Part shown: positions 1-13,900 of the stretch, piece by piece
Numbering within the stretch: the first letter of the stretch is position 1
Layout: each line of letters opens with the position of its first letter
DNA from: Sphyrna mokarran
Lineage: Eukaryota
Length of the DNA: 64,000 nucleotides
Assembly (NCBI GenBank): GCA_024679065.1
Contig: JAGIQG010000004.1
Span: 54,498,001 to 54,562,000 of the forward strand
Direction of reading: 5' to 3'
Made by a program: the position numbers and the translations under genes
The notes under the pieces: model-generated
Told to the model about the DNA's origin: nothing
Databases searched by the model: none
What the model saw: the letters and a program-made list of their open reading frames with translations, nothing else

Positions 1-1780
1 GGTGGGGAAGCTGTTGGAGGGGATTCTTAGAATAGGACGCATAGGCATTGCAATCTGATTAAGGATACGCAGCGTGGCTTTGTTAAGGGGAGGTCGTGCC
101 TTACGAATCTGGTAGAATTTTTTGAGGAGGTGATGAAAATGGTCGATGAAGGGTGAGACACTGATGTCGCCTATATGGATTTCAGTAAGGCGTTTGACAA
201 AGTCCATCATGGGAGGTTAGTTGAAAAGGTCAAGGCTAATGGAATACAAAGACAGGTAGCTAGATGGATAAGTAACTGGCTTGGTAATAGGAAACAGAGA
301 GTACTAGTGGAAGGGTGTTTTTCTAGCTGGAGTTCAGTCACTAGTGGTGTGCCACAGAGCTCAGTATTGGGACCTCTTCTATTTGTAATATATATAAATG
401 ACTTGGAAGAGGGAATAAGTGGAGTGATCAGCAAGTTTGCAGACGATACAAAGATGGCTGGACTTGTGGATAGTGAGGAGCATTGTCAGGCAATACAGCA
501 GGATATAGATAGGCTGGTAGCTTGGACACATAGATGGCAGATGCAATTCAATCCTGATAAATGTTAGGTGATGCATTTCGGGAGTAAGAATGTAGGGGGG
601 AGGTATATGATAAAGGGTAGACCTATTAAGAGTATAGAAACGCAGAGGGACTGAGGGATGCAGGTGCACAAGTCTCTGAAGGTGGCAGAGCAGGTGAAGG
701 TTGTGAAGAAAGCATATGGTATGCTAGCATTTTTAGGAAGGAGTACAAGAGCTGGCCTTTAATGTTGCAGGTGTTTAGAATGTTGGTTAGACCTCATTTG
801 AAATACTGCATCCAGTTCTGGTCGCCCTACTACTGGAAGGACGTGGAGACTCTGGAGAGAGTGCAGAGGAGGTTTACCAGGATGCTGCCTGGTATGGAAG
901 TTCTGAGTTATGAGGAGAGGTTAGGCAAGTTGGGGCTGTTTTCCTTAGAAAGACGTAGACTTAGAGGAGATCTAATAGAGGTGTACAAGATAATGAGGGG
1001 TATAGATAGAGTAAACAATGTTAAGCTTTTTCCTAGGTTGAATTGAAATATCATGAGGGGTCACGGGTTTAGGGTGAGGGGGTAAAATATAATTTGGATG
1101 CTAGAGGGAGTTTTTTCACACAGAGAGTGGTGGGGGTATGGAATGCACTGCCAAGTAAGGTGGTGGAGGCAGGCACTCTGGAGTTATTTAAGAGATACTT
1201 AGATAAGCACATGAACAGAATGGAAATGGAGGGGTATAGAAAACTGATATAAAATAGGGATCATGAGCCTTGGGAGTTTTCTGGGAAGTGTGTAAATTGT
1301 CAACGATATTCCTGTTTTATCCTACAGATACTTCAGTCTGCCTTGTTGTCTAACAAGGGGCATACACGCGATGGGTCATGAGAGGGCTACTCTTGGATTT
1401 TTGGAGAGCAGCCTAGTGCTTCATGTCATTAGTGTATGCTTGAACTGGACCAATTGATAGGCAACACGACAGCTCAGTGCCTATTGCTGTGCTGTGCAGA
1501 TACATGGATATGGGCCTGTGTCTGTGGGAGTTTGCAGATTCTCCCCGCGCTTGCATGAGTTTTCTCTGGTGCTCCTGTTTCCTCCCATACCCCAAAGATG
1601 TGCTCTTAGGCTGATTGGCAAAACAAATTCTCCCTAAATTGTTTTGCAAATTTTGTTGCAATGCATAGATCTATAAACATAGATAGGGATCATGGGTAGA
1701 AGTGAGAACATCGAAGTGGTGGCGTGCGCTCGTTGGGCCGAAGGGCCTGTTTCCCGTGCTGTTTTGTTCTTTGTTCTTTG
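1..1780 (+). mobile_element. CR1-clade LINE, 3' part (RT domain + long 3'UTR), decayed
   Basis: DFSKAFDKV, SGVPQSSVLGPLLFVIYINDL, KFADDTK, LERVQRRFTRM, with in-frame stops; ends in (TTCTTTG)-like repeats; the 3'UTR matches 60830-61290 in reverse. Confidence 0.95.
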
Positions 1781-2168
1781 ATTTAATTGGCAAATATGTA
1801 TGTCAATGAAAAATGTGAAATATCTCTGGTCCTGATTTGCTGTAATTGACTATAACTGCTGAGATGTTTCTTTGTGAAGTCAGAACTGCCCTGGCCATTC
1901 CATGTTGGATAGAGGGATTTATCCTTGTGCACAAGTAATTAAAGACCTTGCATTTGGTGCATGTGTCCAGCGCTGTTTGTGTTAAGAGCCAATTGAGAAC
2001 CTTTAGATTGCTATTACTCAGAGATTCTTTGAGCATGATTTCTCCTGTGTACATTCAAGCTGACTTAGTCTGATTCACCACAACCTTCCAAATGTTGAGT
2101 TATTAAATCCTTGATGAACGACTCAAGCAGTTTCCCCAGTACTAATATTTGGCTCACTGGTCTATAGT

Positions 2169-2915
2169 TCACTGTTTTCTCTCTACGTTCCGTTTGAATA
2201 TTGGGCTTATATTAGCTACCCTCAAATCTGTAGGAACCAGTGTAAATTCCAAAGAATTTTGGAAAATAACTACCAATGGATCTACTATTTCCATGGATAA
2301 TTCCTTAAGCACGCTGAAATGAAGATTATCAGGCCACAAAGCTTTATCCACCTTCAATTCCATCAATTTCTCCAAAGCCATTTCTCTATAATTGCTGATT
2401 TCCTTCCATTCCTGACTGAAACTTGTTTCTGTCAGAGCTTCTGGTACATTATTCTTGTTTTCCTTTGTGGAGATTGAAGCAAAGTACATATTTAATTCCT
2501 TGACCATTTTTTTGTTCCCGTTATGAGTTCACCTGTTTCTGACTGTAAGGGGCCTACATTCGTTATTACAATCATTTTCTCTCTACATATCTGTAGAAAC
2601 TTTTACAGTCAGTTTTTATGTTCCAAATTACTTCCATACTCTATTTTCTCCTCGCTAATCAATCCTTGGTGCTCTTTCGCTGAATTTAAACTGCACCCAA
2701 TTGACAGGTCTATTGCTTTCTCTTGCCAATTTGTATGCTTCTTTCTTGAATCTAACATGATCTCTAATTTCCCTTGTAAGCCATGGTTTGGCCACAGTTC
2801 CCTTACCAATTTTTCACGAGATAGGAATAAACAGTTTCTGGGGTTCACCTATTCATTTCTTAAATGCCTGCCATAATCTGTTCACTGTCTTTCCTTTCAG
2901 TAATATTTCCCGGTC
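2169..2915 (-). mobile_element. CR1 LINE ORF2 fragment
   Basis: ELNMYFASI...LKVDKALWPDNLH...IFQNSLE...ANISPIFK. Confidence 0.85.
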
Positions 2916-3292
2916 CATCATAGAATGTGACATGGAGGGACAGAGCATACCAATATAACAGTGCACCAGCAAATGGGAGCAGAGTAGAAAACATGGTACA
3001 AAGACAAAATTTGACATAATTGTGGTTTCCAAAGGAGATTAGGACAATTATCTGGCGAGAGAAAATGTAGAGCTACGGAGAATAGTGCATGAAGGGGGAC
3101 TAGGAGAGTTGTTCTTGCAAACAGCTGGCATGGACATGACAGGCAAAAGGCCCCTTTTTGTGCTGCAAACATTTTATTTTATGACTCTAAGTGAATTTTA
3201 TCTGAATGCACGCAAGATTCATTTTAAGGTAGATAAGTGACAGCACAAGTAGAAACAAATTGATATTTCATGATTGTCTTTACGGAAACATC

Positions 3293-4353
3293 GGCTGCAT
3301 TCTCCCATTGCGGCCCACACCTTTTCTGTTGGATGGCAGTGAGAGGCGCGTGTCATCAACATTGAACAGGGATTTGCGCATGCGCTAGGAACACATGCCC
3401 ACCTCCCAGAGCTGGTGAGCAGATCAGTCACTGATCAGACCATGCTGGAAACCAGCGGGAGGGCAGGTAAGAAATTTAAATCTTTTTTTAATTTTTTTAA
3501 AAAAATACGTTCATTAGTTCATTATCAGGGCGTTTCAGCTCCCGATTGAACCTCTCATCCCTCCAGCATACTTCATTCCGGCGGGGTTCAGACCAGCTCC
3601 CACATTCAGGGAACTAGCGGGAGACTGTGCTGGAATGAAGCTGGGTGGCACCTGGGGCTCCCCAGTGGGTTGGACGGCAGTGGGTGGTGCTCCCTGGGCA
3701 TGGGCACGCTGGCAGTGCCAGCATGTTCCCCAGGAGTCATCTTGGCACTGCTAACTGGCCAATGCACAGGGGCTTATTGTCAGTAGGGCTCGGGGTGATC
3801 GGTGAGGGTAGGTGTCGCGCTGCTACTCTGCAGACAATATCAGTCTGGGATGGAGGGTGGGCAGTGATTGAAGTAGGAGGGTGGTCTCCTTTTGGGGGGG
3901 GGCTGCCTCTGGTGAGGCTCGGCGGGGCAGTGGATCTGCCAAAGTGTGGGGGTTGAGGGTATCATCACTGTTTGGGAGTGCGGTGGTCTGTGAATCCATG
4001 CACTCGAGGACGAGGGGGGGGGGTGCGCTGTTCAGGACTGGCTTGGGAATTGTTGTGGGGATCACAATCAGGCTGTGGGAGTCAATAAGGGCAGTACTGT
4101 GCTGGCCAGAGATCGGGCTGTCCAGCAAATGGGGAGTCTGACAGATTGGGACAACTGTGCACGCGCAGAGTTCCAGAATGGTCAAATTCTGGCATGAATA
4201 GGCCCTGCCCACCTCTGGGTTTTTAATGAGATTCACGACTGGAACTTTTGCTGTGCACATAGTGTCGAGATTCGGGTGAGAAACTGAACTGACTAAACAG
4301 TCGGGAAAAAGAACACTTTTCCCACAAATTCAGCACTTTTGGGAGAATCGTCC
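3293..4353. mobile_element. Non-autonomous DNA transposon (Harbinger-like MITE)
   Basis: GC-rich block with imperfect TIRs GGCTGCATTCTCCC / GGGAGAATCGTCC; related copies at 4430-4610 (inverted fragment) and 63493-64000. Confidence 0.55.
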
Positions 4354-4619
4354 TCAAAATTGCAAGTTGACCCAGGCCAGGAACCTTTAGGAGGTTTCAT
4401 ATTGTGACAGAAAAAAAAAGGAAAATGAGGTGGGATGATGCCACTCCACTGCTGTCCGACCCACTGGGGAGCCCCAGGTGCCCCCTTCATTCCAGCAGGA
4501 TCTCCCACTAGTTCCCCAACTGTGGAGGCTGGTCTGAACCCCACCGAATCAAATATTCCTGGTGGGACGGGAAATTCAGTCAGGAGCTGAAATGTCCTGA
4601 TAATGAACTGAGATGGAGA

Positions 4620-5380
4620 GCAGAAAAAACATGGCTGAGCACATTCTATTAGAATGATGCTGGAATGCATCAATAAAGAAGAAGTAGTAAAGCATTCATA
4701 AACTTATGGTACAACCAAGCAGAGACATTATTTTATAAAAGAAAATAATGTTTGGCAAACCTTAAGGCGCAACAAGTAGGTCGGATAAATGGGAACGAAT
4801 TGATGGAGTATATTTGAAATTCCAAAAGGGATTCGATAAGTTGACAGAATAAAAAATACTGTACAAGATGAGGACTCAAAGTCTTGATGTTAATTCAATA
4901 ACATGGGTAGAAGATTGACTAACAGGAAATAGAAAGTATGAATAAATCAGAAATATTCAGGCTGAAAATGAACTAACTGAATGCCAAAAGGATTGTTGCT
5001 GGTGCTTCAAATTTCTCTGTGTTAACTAAACGGATGAAGAACAGAATATATTGCTGCTAATTTTGCTGATAATCGTGAAGAGGACATGAAAAGAGTCTGC
5101 AAAATTGTATGATAGTTTAGATGAGTGGGCTAAAATTTGGAAGATATAATATAATGTGAGAAAATATGAGGCTATCCACTTCGGTGGAAAGAATAGAAAA
5201 ATTGGATATTATTTACATGAAAAGAAATTACAGAGCACGGAGGGATCTGGGTAATATTATATGAGAATTACAAAGTATTAATATGCAGTTAGACCAAGTG
5301 CTTAGGAATGCGTGGAATACTGCCCTTTATTGCAAGGATTGGAGTAATAAGCAGGGATGACTACACTGCAATGACATTTC
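4620..5380 (+). mobile_element. Highly decayed CR1 RT fragment
   Basis: Remnants of the FADD (aattttgctgat) region and typical CR1 3' ORF2 words. Confidence 0.6.
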
Positions 5381-7250
5381 TGAGATAAAACTAGGTAATA
5401 TTTTTAAATGTCAAGGGGAGGTGGTTTGTTCTCCCTTGTTTGGGATGTTTATTTTTTGGCACTTCTGTGATACTTGCCACATATCAACGTCCCTGAATAT
5501 TTTCCAGGTCTTGCTGCATATGGACACAGACAATGACAACATCTCCAGGTATCGGGGGAGACACTAACGAGCCCAGAAAATACCGTTCTGAGTTTGGTAA
5601 TCATACTAAAATTGGAACTTCAACATTGTAATCAGTATTGCACCAATTTCCAGCATATGGCTGATTACTTTCAAAAATATTGCCTTGGAGATTTATAATC
5701 AGCCAGACAGCAGTCAGAAGTCCCACTACAGGCTTCCCACTGATGTCTCCCTGCCTGGGCTACTCAAGCTGTGCAAGGGTCTGGGTGAATTGCCCCTGTG
5801 ATGAGTTAGACAATAGGAGTGCCAGAATCATCATGGGCACAGTAATTCAAGGAGAATGTGCACTGTTAACTTCTTGATGACAAATATAGCTTTATCCACT
5901 TCATCCACATACCAGAAAGAATGTCTTGCTCTACTCTCTACACTCAGAGATTTAGAACTCTGACCCTTTTTGATGTTGTACGTCTTGTGGTGCTGCACTT
6001 CATTTTGCCAGCACAATGTGGTGGAACATAAATTGGGGTTCTCATAGCCCACTGTGTCTGGCCCATCATGAATCTCCCATGCCCGCTTCTGGTATAATCT
6101 CCTCCATGCTAGAAATAGATTTGGGGCTGCATAGCATATTGATTTCAATTTCAGTATGATTAGCGAACCCAAGATAGTTGATTCAGGGCATAGTAGATTT
6201 TTCCCCAATTATTTTCATGCTGGCTGGACGGGGTTAGGTTGGAATTTTACCTTCCCATTCGTTACAGGAATCAGAAACTGAATATTGCAGGGGCCAACCA
6301 TTGGCAACCCAAAAAGAATGCATAAATGTCTGCTTCCACCTTCTCTTCCTGTTGCCCCTTGCTGCCCTATAACAAGCCTGTTAAATTCGTAGCAGGGAAT
6401 TGATGGTTGTAGCGTTCTGGAATTTCAATATCAAAATTTCCCACCATTTATTGTGCATTTCTCACAAATGCCTGATAATTTTGTGATTGAACTCTTTTGA
6501 AAGACCTTCAGTCTATTGGTATTAGTAATCTTACCCTTCTACAGCCTAAATCTTATTGGACTCAACTAACTGGCACATATTACAACACCACAGTGAAAAC
6601 TGCACAGCCCTGAATCACAGACAAATGGACATCAGCCAGAATACCTGTGCGATCTCAGTTTCCCTTTTGGATCTCCAGGATTTGTCTCTGAGCTATGCTC
6701 CCTTGGAGTGGCAAGGAATCAATTTTTTCCATTTTATAATGGGACGGTCTGCACTGTTCTCTCCAGCTCATTCCATCTCATCTAGTACAAATTTAATGCA
6801 AACATATGGACCGCGTATTTCATTTTCCAAGTTAATTTTGAATACCACGTTACATTAAATGTAATTGAAAATAATTTATTGGATCAGCCTGTGGTCTATA
6901 TTTCTGTAGCACTTAGGGCGAATGGGAAGAAAGTTATGGGAAAAACAAGATTAGATTATTAAGTTGGATGATCAGCCATGATCGTAGTGAATGGCGGAGC
7001 AGATTCGAAGGACCAAATAGCTTCCTCCTGCTCCTGTCTTCTATGTTTCTGAGTGTTCTAGTGATCTTTCCTCCCTAATAATAGAACCTGTGTCCCTGTG
7101 CATATTAGCTTGTCTTCTCTCTAATGGAAATGGGTTATCTTAAAGAATAATTTTGGAAGCAGCTTCAGTGCATTTTATGAAGTTTCGGGCGCAGAGGCTT
7201 TTCTCATCCCTCTCTATCCTGTGACCAAAAAGACCGTGATTCAGATAGTA

Positions 7251-7256
7251 TTTATT
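7251..7256 (-). terminator. Candidate poly(A) signal AATAAA of the VJ-C1 receptor gene
   Basis: Minus-strand AATAAA ~520 nt past the stop codon. Confidence 0.45.
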
Positions 7257-7771
7257 GCGAATGGTTGCTGTCACCTCAGCCAGTCACTCAGTAACAATGG
7301 ACTTTGGAGGCAACTGTTAAATTTGTTACACAGTGGAAATTAATACCCATTTCTTAAAAGTTGAACCGATTAACACCTCCTTGAAGTTCAACGAACTCCT
7401 TGTGAAATTGTATAATACGAATCATGCACACTGCATTTTAAGAACGATCACAAGTTGACATTACAAAATGTCGATGCCAATTAGTTGCTAATATCACAAA
7501 AAGATCATCCTGCACATTTGAAATCCGGAAGATTTTCAACTTGTCGACAACCTTAAACTGGTTTTGGAAACCTTGCCCTGGTCATGGAAAGCATCCGATA
7601 TTGAATTGGTTCTCTAACAGTCCAGCGAAGAATTCTGCCAGTTGAGATGTTTTAGATAGTTAGCCTGGCTGCAATCAATGTTTACAGTAATGGGTGCATT
7701 TTAACGTTTATAATCAAATAGTCTGATCCTGCACTCATAAATATCTCACACCCGCAAACATATTTAGATTC

Positions 7772-7909
7772 TCAGCTTCTTTCTTTCTTTGTTACGTTCA
7801 CTTCAGCATACAATGCGCGTTTGTTTTGTTTAAGTTTTGATGGGTCCTTGGAATCAGCAAGCTGCAAGGCGGCATATGTCAGCTTGTTATCTCCACTTCT
7901 TTGTTTAGT
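7772..7909 (-). CDS. Terminal coding exon with ITIM LTYAAL and ALYAEV
   Basis: ttttcacag|ACT, phase 0; TKQRSGDNKLTYAALQLADSKDPSKLKQNKRALYAEVNVTKKERS, TGA at 7774-7772. Confidence 0.88.
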   Translation of the reverse strand, partial: TKQRSGDNKLTYAALQLADSKDPSKLKQNKRALYAEVNVTKKERS

Positions 7910-10900
7910 CTGTGAAAATAATATTTAATATCACGGTAAATCCATCGTTCAATCATTATTGAGACAGTTAACATTTTAACAAAAGACTTACGGAATTTCC
8001 TTTCATTAGTACCAATTTCAGATTGTAATTGGACTTTGAACTGGCTTCCTTCTCTGCAGCCCTCCCCTAAATCTTGTTGAAATTCCATTTGAACTTTCAT
8101 GTAAAATGAGTTCGTCTGTAAATATAGCTCATTAAAGAAAGCAGATTAATTATTTGACTAAAGTAGAAAAAGTAATTCTATGCTGCTCTGTTGGGAAAGC
8201 TGATATTACACAACATTGATTTAAGGCCCAATTGTGTGAACATCGACAGCAGCAGTGCCTTGCTTATTTCACGGAGGAAGGCTCCCGCTCAAATTTTTCA
8301 ATCGCCTTACCGCCATTCCCGCTAATCTCCCGATCTCTGGGTCATGAGGCAAAAATGACGAACTTGTTTGAAATCAGCCGACAGAGCACAACTGGGATAT
8401 TAAGCAAGAATCTTCCCATTTCAAGCATCTCAGTGTGGCATCACAGAATATTGATGCCATTACAGTAAATGACCTAAGATGTACCTGGGAATATACGATA
8501 TTCTCCTCCCTCTGTCTGGGGTTCGCCTTTTTCCTGGTGTCAATTTTGACTGTGGCGTAGGCCAGGCTGTTGTCGGTGCCGTTTTCTGTCTGTAAAATAG
8601 ATATTTTTCCACCGGGAATTGGTGAATTTCTTGTTTGGTAGTTTGGGACAAACATTATTCCAGGCAGACCCGAAAAAGAAACGTGGATATTATTGACCCT
8701 GTTTTTGTGTAAAACCGACTACGAGCCCGCTGCCCGATTTGTATCTGTCCAGATTGTTATTTCCAATCAAGTCAGTAGGAGAAATGCCAATTAATAAGGA
8801 CTTGTTGAAATCTATTCCATAAAGACAAAACTTTCCCCAACCCGCTCAGATTCTGAACAATTAATCAACATTGACTCTGTCATATATAGTCATATCGTAG
8901 AATCCATACAGTGCAGAGGAAGACCATTCGGCCTGCATCCACCACAATCCCACCCAGCTTCTATGCCCTTAAATCCATCTAACCCCCACTAAGCCCTTGG
9001 CATTAAGGGATAATTAACTTAACCTGCACATCTCTGGAGTGTAGGAGGAAACCAGAATACTTGGAGGAAACCCACGCCAACATAGGGAGAATATGAATGT
9101 CCAAACTCCACATAAACAGTTACTCGAGGCCGTAATTGAACCCGGGTACCTGGCGTTGTGAGGCAACGGTGCTAACCGCCTAGTTTGAATATTTTTCGCT
9201 TCAATCCCTCAGTCGTACCTGGAAATAGGTGGTGCGCTCTTTCTTGTGTCTCGGTTTGGAGGATCCTTTTTCTTCTCGCACGCTCAGAGTAGCGTAGGCG
9301 GCAATGTCCTCACCTGGCTTTTGTCTAGCCTGTAACAATAAGACACAAAATATTGAAAGCGGCGAATCTGTCTCTATAGCCAGCTACTGTCAATTCTAAT
9401 TAATTCTTCGAAGTAAATATGCAGATAGCAAACGATAAAACTAGGTTGCAAGTGCACTCTCTCTCTCTTCTCGACTGTTGTATCCAATGCCGAACCAATA
9501 GAGTTGAGAGTATTTGTTTTATCAGTTCAAGGGATGTTGGCTTCGCTGGCTAAGCTAACGTATATTGACAGTCGATAATTGCCCTTGAACCGCTCCAGTC
9601 GGCGTGGGATACGTGCGTCCCTGGTGTTTTTAGGGAAGTACTTCTAGGATTCTGACTCAGCAACAGTGAAGGAACTGCGATATTTTTCCAAGCCAGGGTG
9701 GTCGGTGGTTAAGTGGGGAGGTTCAACGTGGTGTTCCTGTACATCTGGCAGCTTTGAGATAGGACGAGTTGGTGCTACTGGAGAGAGAAATCAGTCGGAA
9801 AGAAAAGCAGAACTTTTTCAGATAGGCATTCCTGGAAGATAAGTGGAAATGAAATAAACACGAAGATAAAAACAAAATATTGCAATGCTGGAAGCTGAAA
9901 CAAAATCAGAAAACAATAGAAAATCTCAGTAGGTCTGACAGCATTTGTGGAGAGTGAATAGAACGTTGGCTCTTTTCTGCTTCCACTGATGCTGTCAGAC
10001 CTGCTGAGATTTCCAGCATTTTCTGTTTTTGTCTCAGATTCCAGCATCTGCAGTATTTTACTTTTAGCTTTTGGGTCGTATAGATGACAGTGGTCGTGAG
10101 TTTGGAGGGTGCTATCTAAGAAACGTTAATGAGTTCCCGCAATGTATCTTGCAGATGGTACACACTGCTGTCACGGTGTGTCGGTGGTGGAGGAAGTTTT
10201 CTTTGTGGATCGGTTGCCAATCAAATGTCCTCTTTGTCTTGGATGGTGTAGAGCTTCTTGGTTGTTGTGGAACTGCTCTTATCAAGACAAGTGGAAAGTA
10301 TTTCATCACACACCTCACTTGTGCCTTTTAAATTGTGCACCTGCTTTGGGGAGTCAGGAGATGACATACTCAGTGCTAGATTCTTAGTCTCTGTCCTGCT
10401 GTTGTAGCTGCAATGTTTATGTAAGAATACAATAAACATAACAACTAGGAACAGGAATAGGCAAGTTAGCATCTCTAGCCTGCTCTGCCATTCAGTATGA
10501 TCATGACTGATCTCATTTCAGCCTCATCTGCAGCTTCCTACCCATTCCCCATAATCATTCATCAGAGGGAACAAACCATGTGACACATTACTAGTTTGCC
10601 AAACAGAAAAAAGACCCATTGTTCCCACTCTTTATTTCCTGTTGGTTAGTGAATCCTCTATCCAAACTAATATATTACCCCTAACACAATTTTACCCTTT
10701 ATATTAATCTTTTGTGTGGCATCTTATCAAATGCATTCTGGAAGTCCTATGGAATCTCCTGTAACAATCTCCACTTGTTACACCTTCGAAGAGTTGGTTA
10801 AACATAATTTATCCTTCTTAAAAATATGCTGACTCTGATGGATTGTGTTTTGATTTTCCAAATGTCCCTTTACTACTTTCTTAATAATGTGTTTAAGCAA

Positions 10901-13900
10901 TTTTCCAATGACAGACGTTAAACTGACTGGTTTATAGTTTTCTACTGTTTATATTTCTACATTTTTGAACGGAGGTGTTACAATAGCCATTTCCCATTCT
11001 CCTACAATCCCTATATCGGAGAAGAAGGCCATTTTGTCCATCGATTTTGCACCAAGTCTCTGACAGAACATCTTATCCTGGCCCGCCCCCCATTCCTATT
11101 CCCGTAACCCGATTTATTCACCATAATTCTCTGAAACTACACATCCCGGGACATCTAGGGACAATGTGGTATGGTCTATGCACCTAATCTACTGGAACTT
11201 TTCCAGAATCCAGGGAATTTTGGGACTTCAAACCAGTGCACCCACTATCTCTGCTGCCACCCTCTTTAAGAAGTACGTCATCATGCACTGGAGAATTGTC
11301 TGCCTTTAATCCCAATAGTTCCCTCAGTACTTTTTTCCTCGTGAAGGCGATTATTTTAAATGACTCATTTTGAACCATCACCGCGTTATCTGTTAATATT
11401 GGTATGGTTCTAGCCTGAAAACAGGGTCTAAATATTGATTTAGTGCCACTACCATTTCTATGTTCCCCATTATTAATTCCCAGTCTCCTCCTCTGAGGAA
11501 CTAACCTTGTCTTCAGCTACTTCCTTCCTTTTTACGTAGTGACAGAATCTTTTCCTCTCCGTTTTATATTTGCACTGGATTTGCTGCCATGCAGACATAT
11601 GGCTGGTCTAGTTCAGTTTCTGGCTAATGTTCTAAATATGGAACCCAGAGCGCTTGATAAATTTATCTGCATTTAAAATTGTCACTATTTAGAACATTGC
11701 TAATAATTATATAATTAATAATTTTCCAATTACCTCCAACCGCCCCCCCCCCACACCTCATCGAAGTAACTATTGTCATCTTATTGCAACCTACTGGAAG
11801 ACTTGACTGCGATGCCTGAATTTGTCTTTTTTTCACTTCCAGAAACTTCCGTCCCAAAGTGGAAATCAACAGCCCGGATCCTGGAAAACCCTCATTCCTA
11901 GCATCACTCCTCTCCCTCTGCCTCCCTTACCTCGACTTTCATGCGCCACCATGCACTCTGGAAAGGTTTCAGGCCAATTAAGATACCAGCAGGAGTGTTC
12001 CAGCCTGGCTTAGCCAATACCCCAAAACCTAGGACCTTCCTTGTCTGTCTATCTGTGCGAATACTTTCCACATTCAGCACCTAGATAGCTGGAAATATCC
12101 TTATTTTGAAATAAATTTAAGTTTTTAAGGGGGATTCAACAAGATATAATTGTTGTAAAGTAAATAGTCATCTGGTTCTTAACATAAAGGAATAGTGTAA
12201 AACAAGCGATACTTTCAAACTAGCCAGGCCTCAACTGGAAATTGTGTCCCACTGTGGGAAGGATATCAAGGTTTGGAGAGGAGATTTACTGGAATGTTAC
12301 CAGGGCTGAAGGACTTCAGTTATATGCAGGAAACTAGAGAAATATCATTGTTCTCCTTATAGCAGGGAAAGAATTCTCAGTGGTTTAGTTCGAGCAAACG
12401 GGGCAAAACTGTTACCCTCAGTGGGCTGCTTGCTAACCAGGGGATGCGGATTTTGATAACTGGGGAAGATTAGGATTCTAATCTGCAATGCCCTGACTGA
12501 CTGACTGGCGGATGCCTATTGCATAGAAAGTTTCAGAAAAGGCATTAGAGAAACGTTTAAAAAAATGTCGGTTGTAGGTAAAGCGCATGGGAGTGAGATT
12601 CGCTGAGCATTTATTTCAAAGAAGAAGCACAGCTATTTTCTTTTCATACTATAAAATTTTATGGTTACTTTAAAACTAATTGGTATCTTCCCGGCTGGGT
12701 ATAGAATTTCCTTCTCACTGCCGCCCCCCATTCATCCCCTCACGCCATGTTTTTGTAATACAAAATAAGGCATTGCTATCCTACCTGTTCTTCTGTCTGA
12801 GCCGCTTCCACTGAATTTCTATTATCGCCTAGAAGAGAAAAAAGACATGAGCAACTAAATCAGTGCACAAGCGAAACCAGTATCATGCCTTTGACGCTAA
12901 ACAAATTTGTATAAATTAAGGAAACCAGAATGCTGAAGTTGTTCAGCGGCATCAACGGCAGTGTACTGTGCATTACCTTCTCATTATCCGCAGTGACCCG
13001 CGATACACCTGGTCTACTCAAGTCTTTGCACAATGGCGCGAAGAATTTGATAGGGAATCGTAACACTTTGACAATTTCAAGTTTTCAAAATCCGCTTTAT
13101 GTTGCCATTTTCAAGTCTCAATCACATAACCCTCGTGTGACATTACCTTCATTCTTTAACAATTTTGCAAAGTGCTCTTTATTCCTCTATATTGAATCTA
13201 TGTATTTTAACAGCGTAACCGCGCATGAGAAAATATAATTATGCAGTGCAATGTTAAAGGTACTTACCAGCTGATGCCTTTAATTTGAGCCTCGTCAAAA
13301 TAATTATCAACAGTAAAATAGCCAATGCGCCGCCTGCACATCCGAAAATGAGCGGAAGGTTGACATCACTGTCTACAAGAACAAATGATTGAAATAAGAA
13401 GCTGCGCAACTCATACACAGGTGCAAACGTGTCACTCAGAATAATCGCTCCTATCAGTGGATCTCGACCGCTTTCACTTGTGTGTTGTAGCTAAACAAGG
13501 ATCACATTTATCAAATCACGTAAACTGCACGTTAGTAATGCAATTTATAGAGGAAACACGTTTCATTCCATAACGACGCAATAAGCTTCTCATTGGTAAG
13601 AATGAGGGAATGTTCATTTCTTTCAGCTTGACGCGCTACACCAAACTACTGCGCAATATCACAAAAAGCGGCAAAGGCTTTCATTCTTCAAGTAATCATC
13701 CCTAACCTTACCAGAGCACGTTGTTTTTGAGAGATAGCAAAAGAAACTTGAATACAAATCAGGTACAGGAGGAGGCCATTCTGCCCTGCGACCCAGCTCC
13801 TCTATTTGGCTGATCCGATTGTGGCCTCAACTCTAATTTCCTCTTCATCTCCTTAACTTTTAACTCCATTGTCAATCAAAAATCTATCTAACTCAACCTT

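Noticed and set aside
175-1046. Reverse-transcriptase ORFs as a novel RT system (retron/DGR)
   Set aside because: Ordinary frameshifted CR1 LINE ORF2, with many copies in the window
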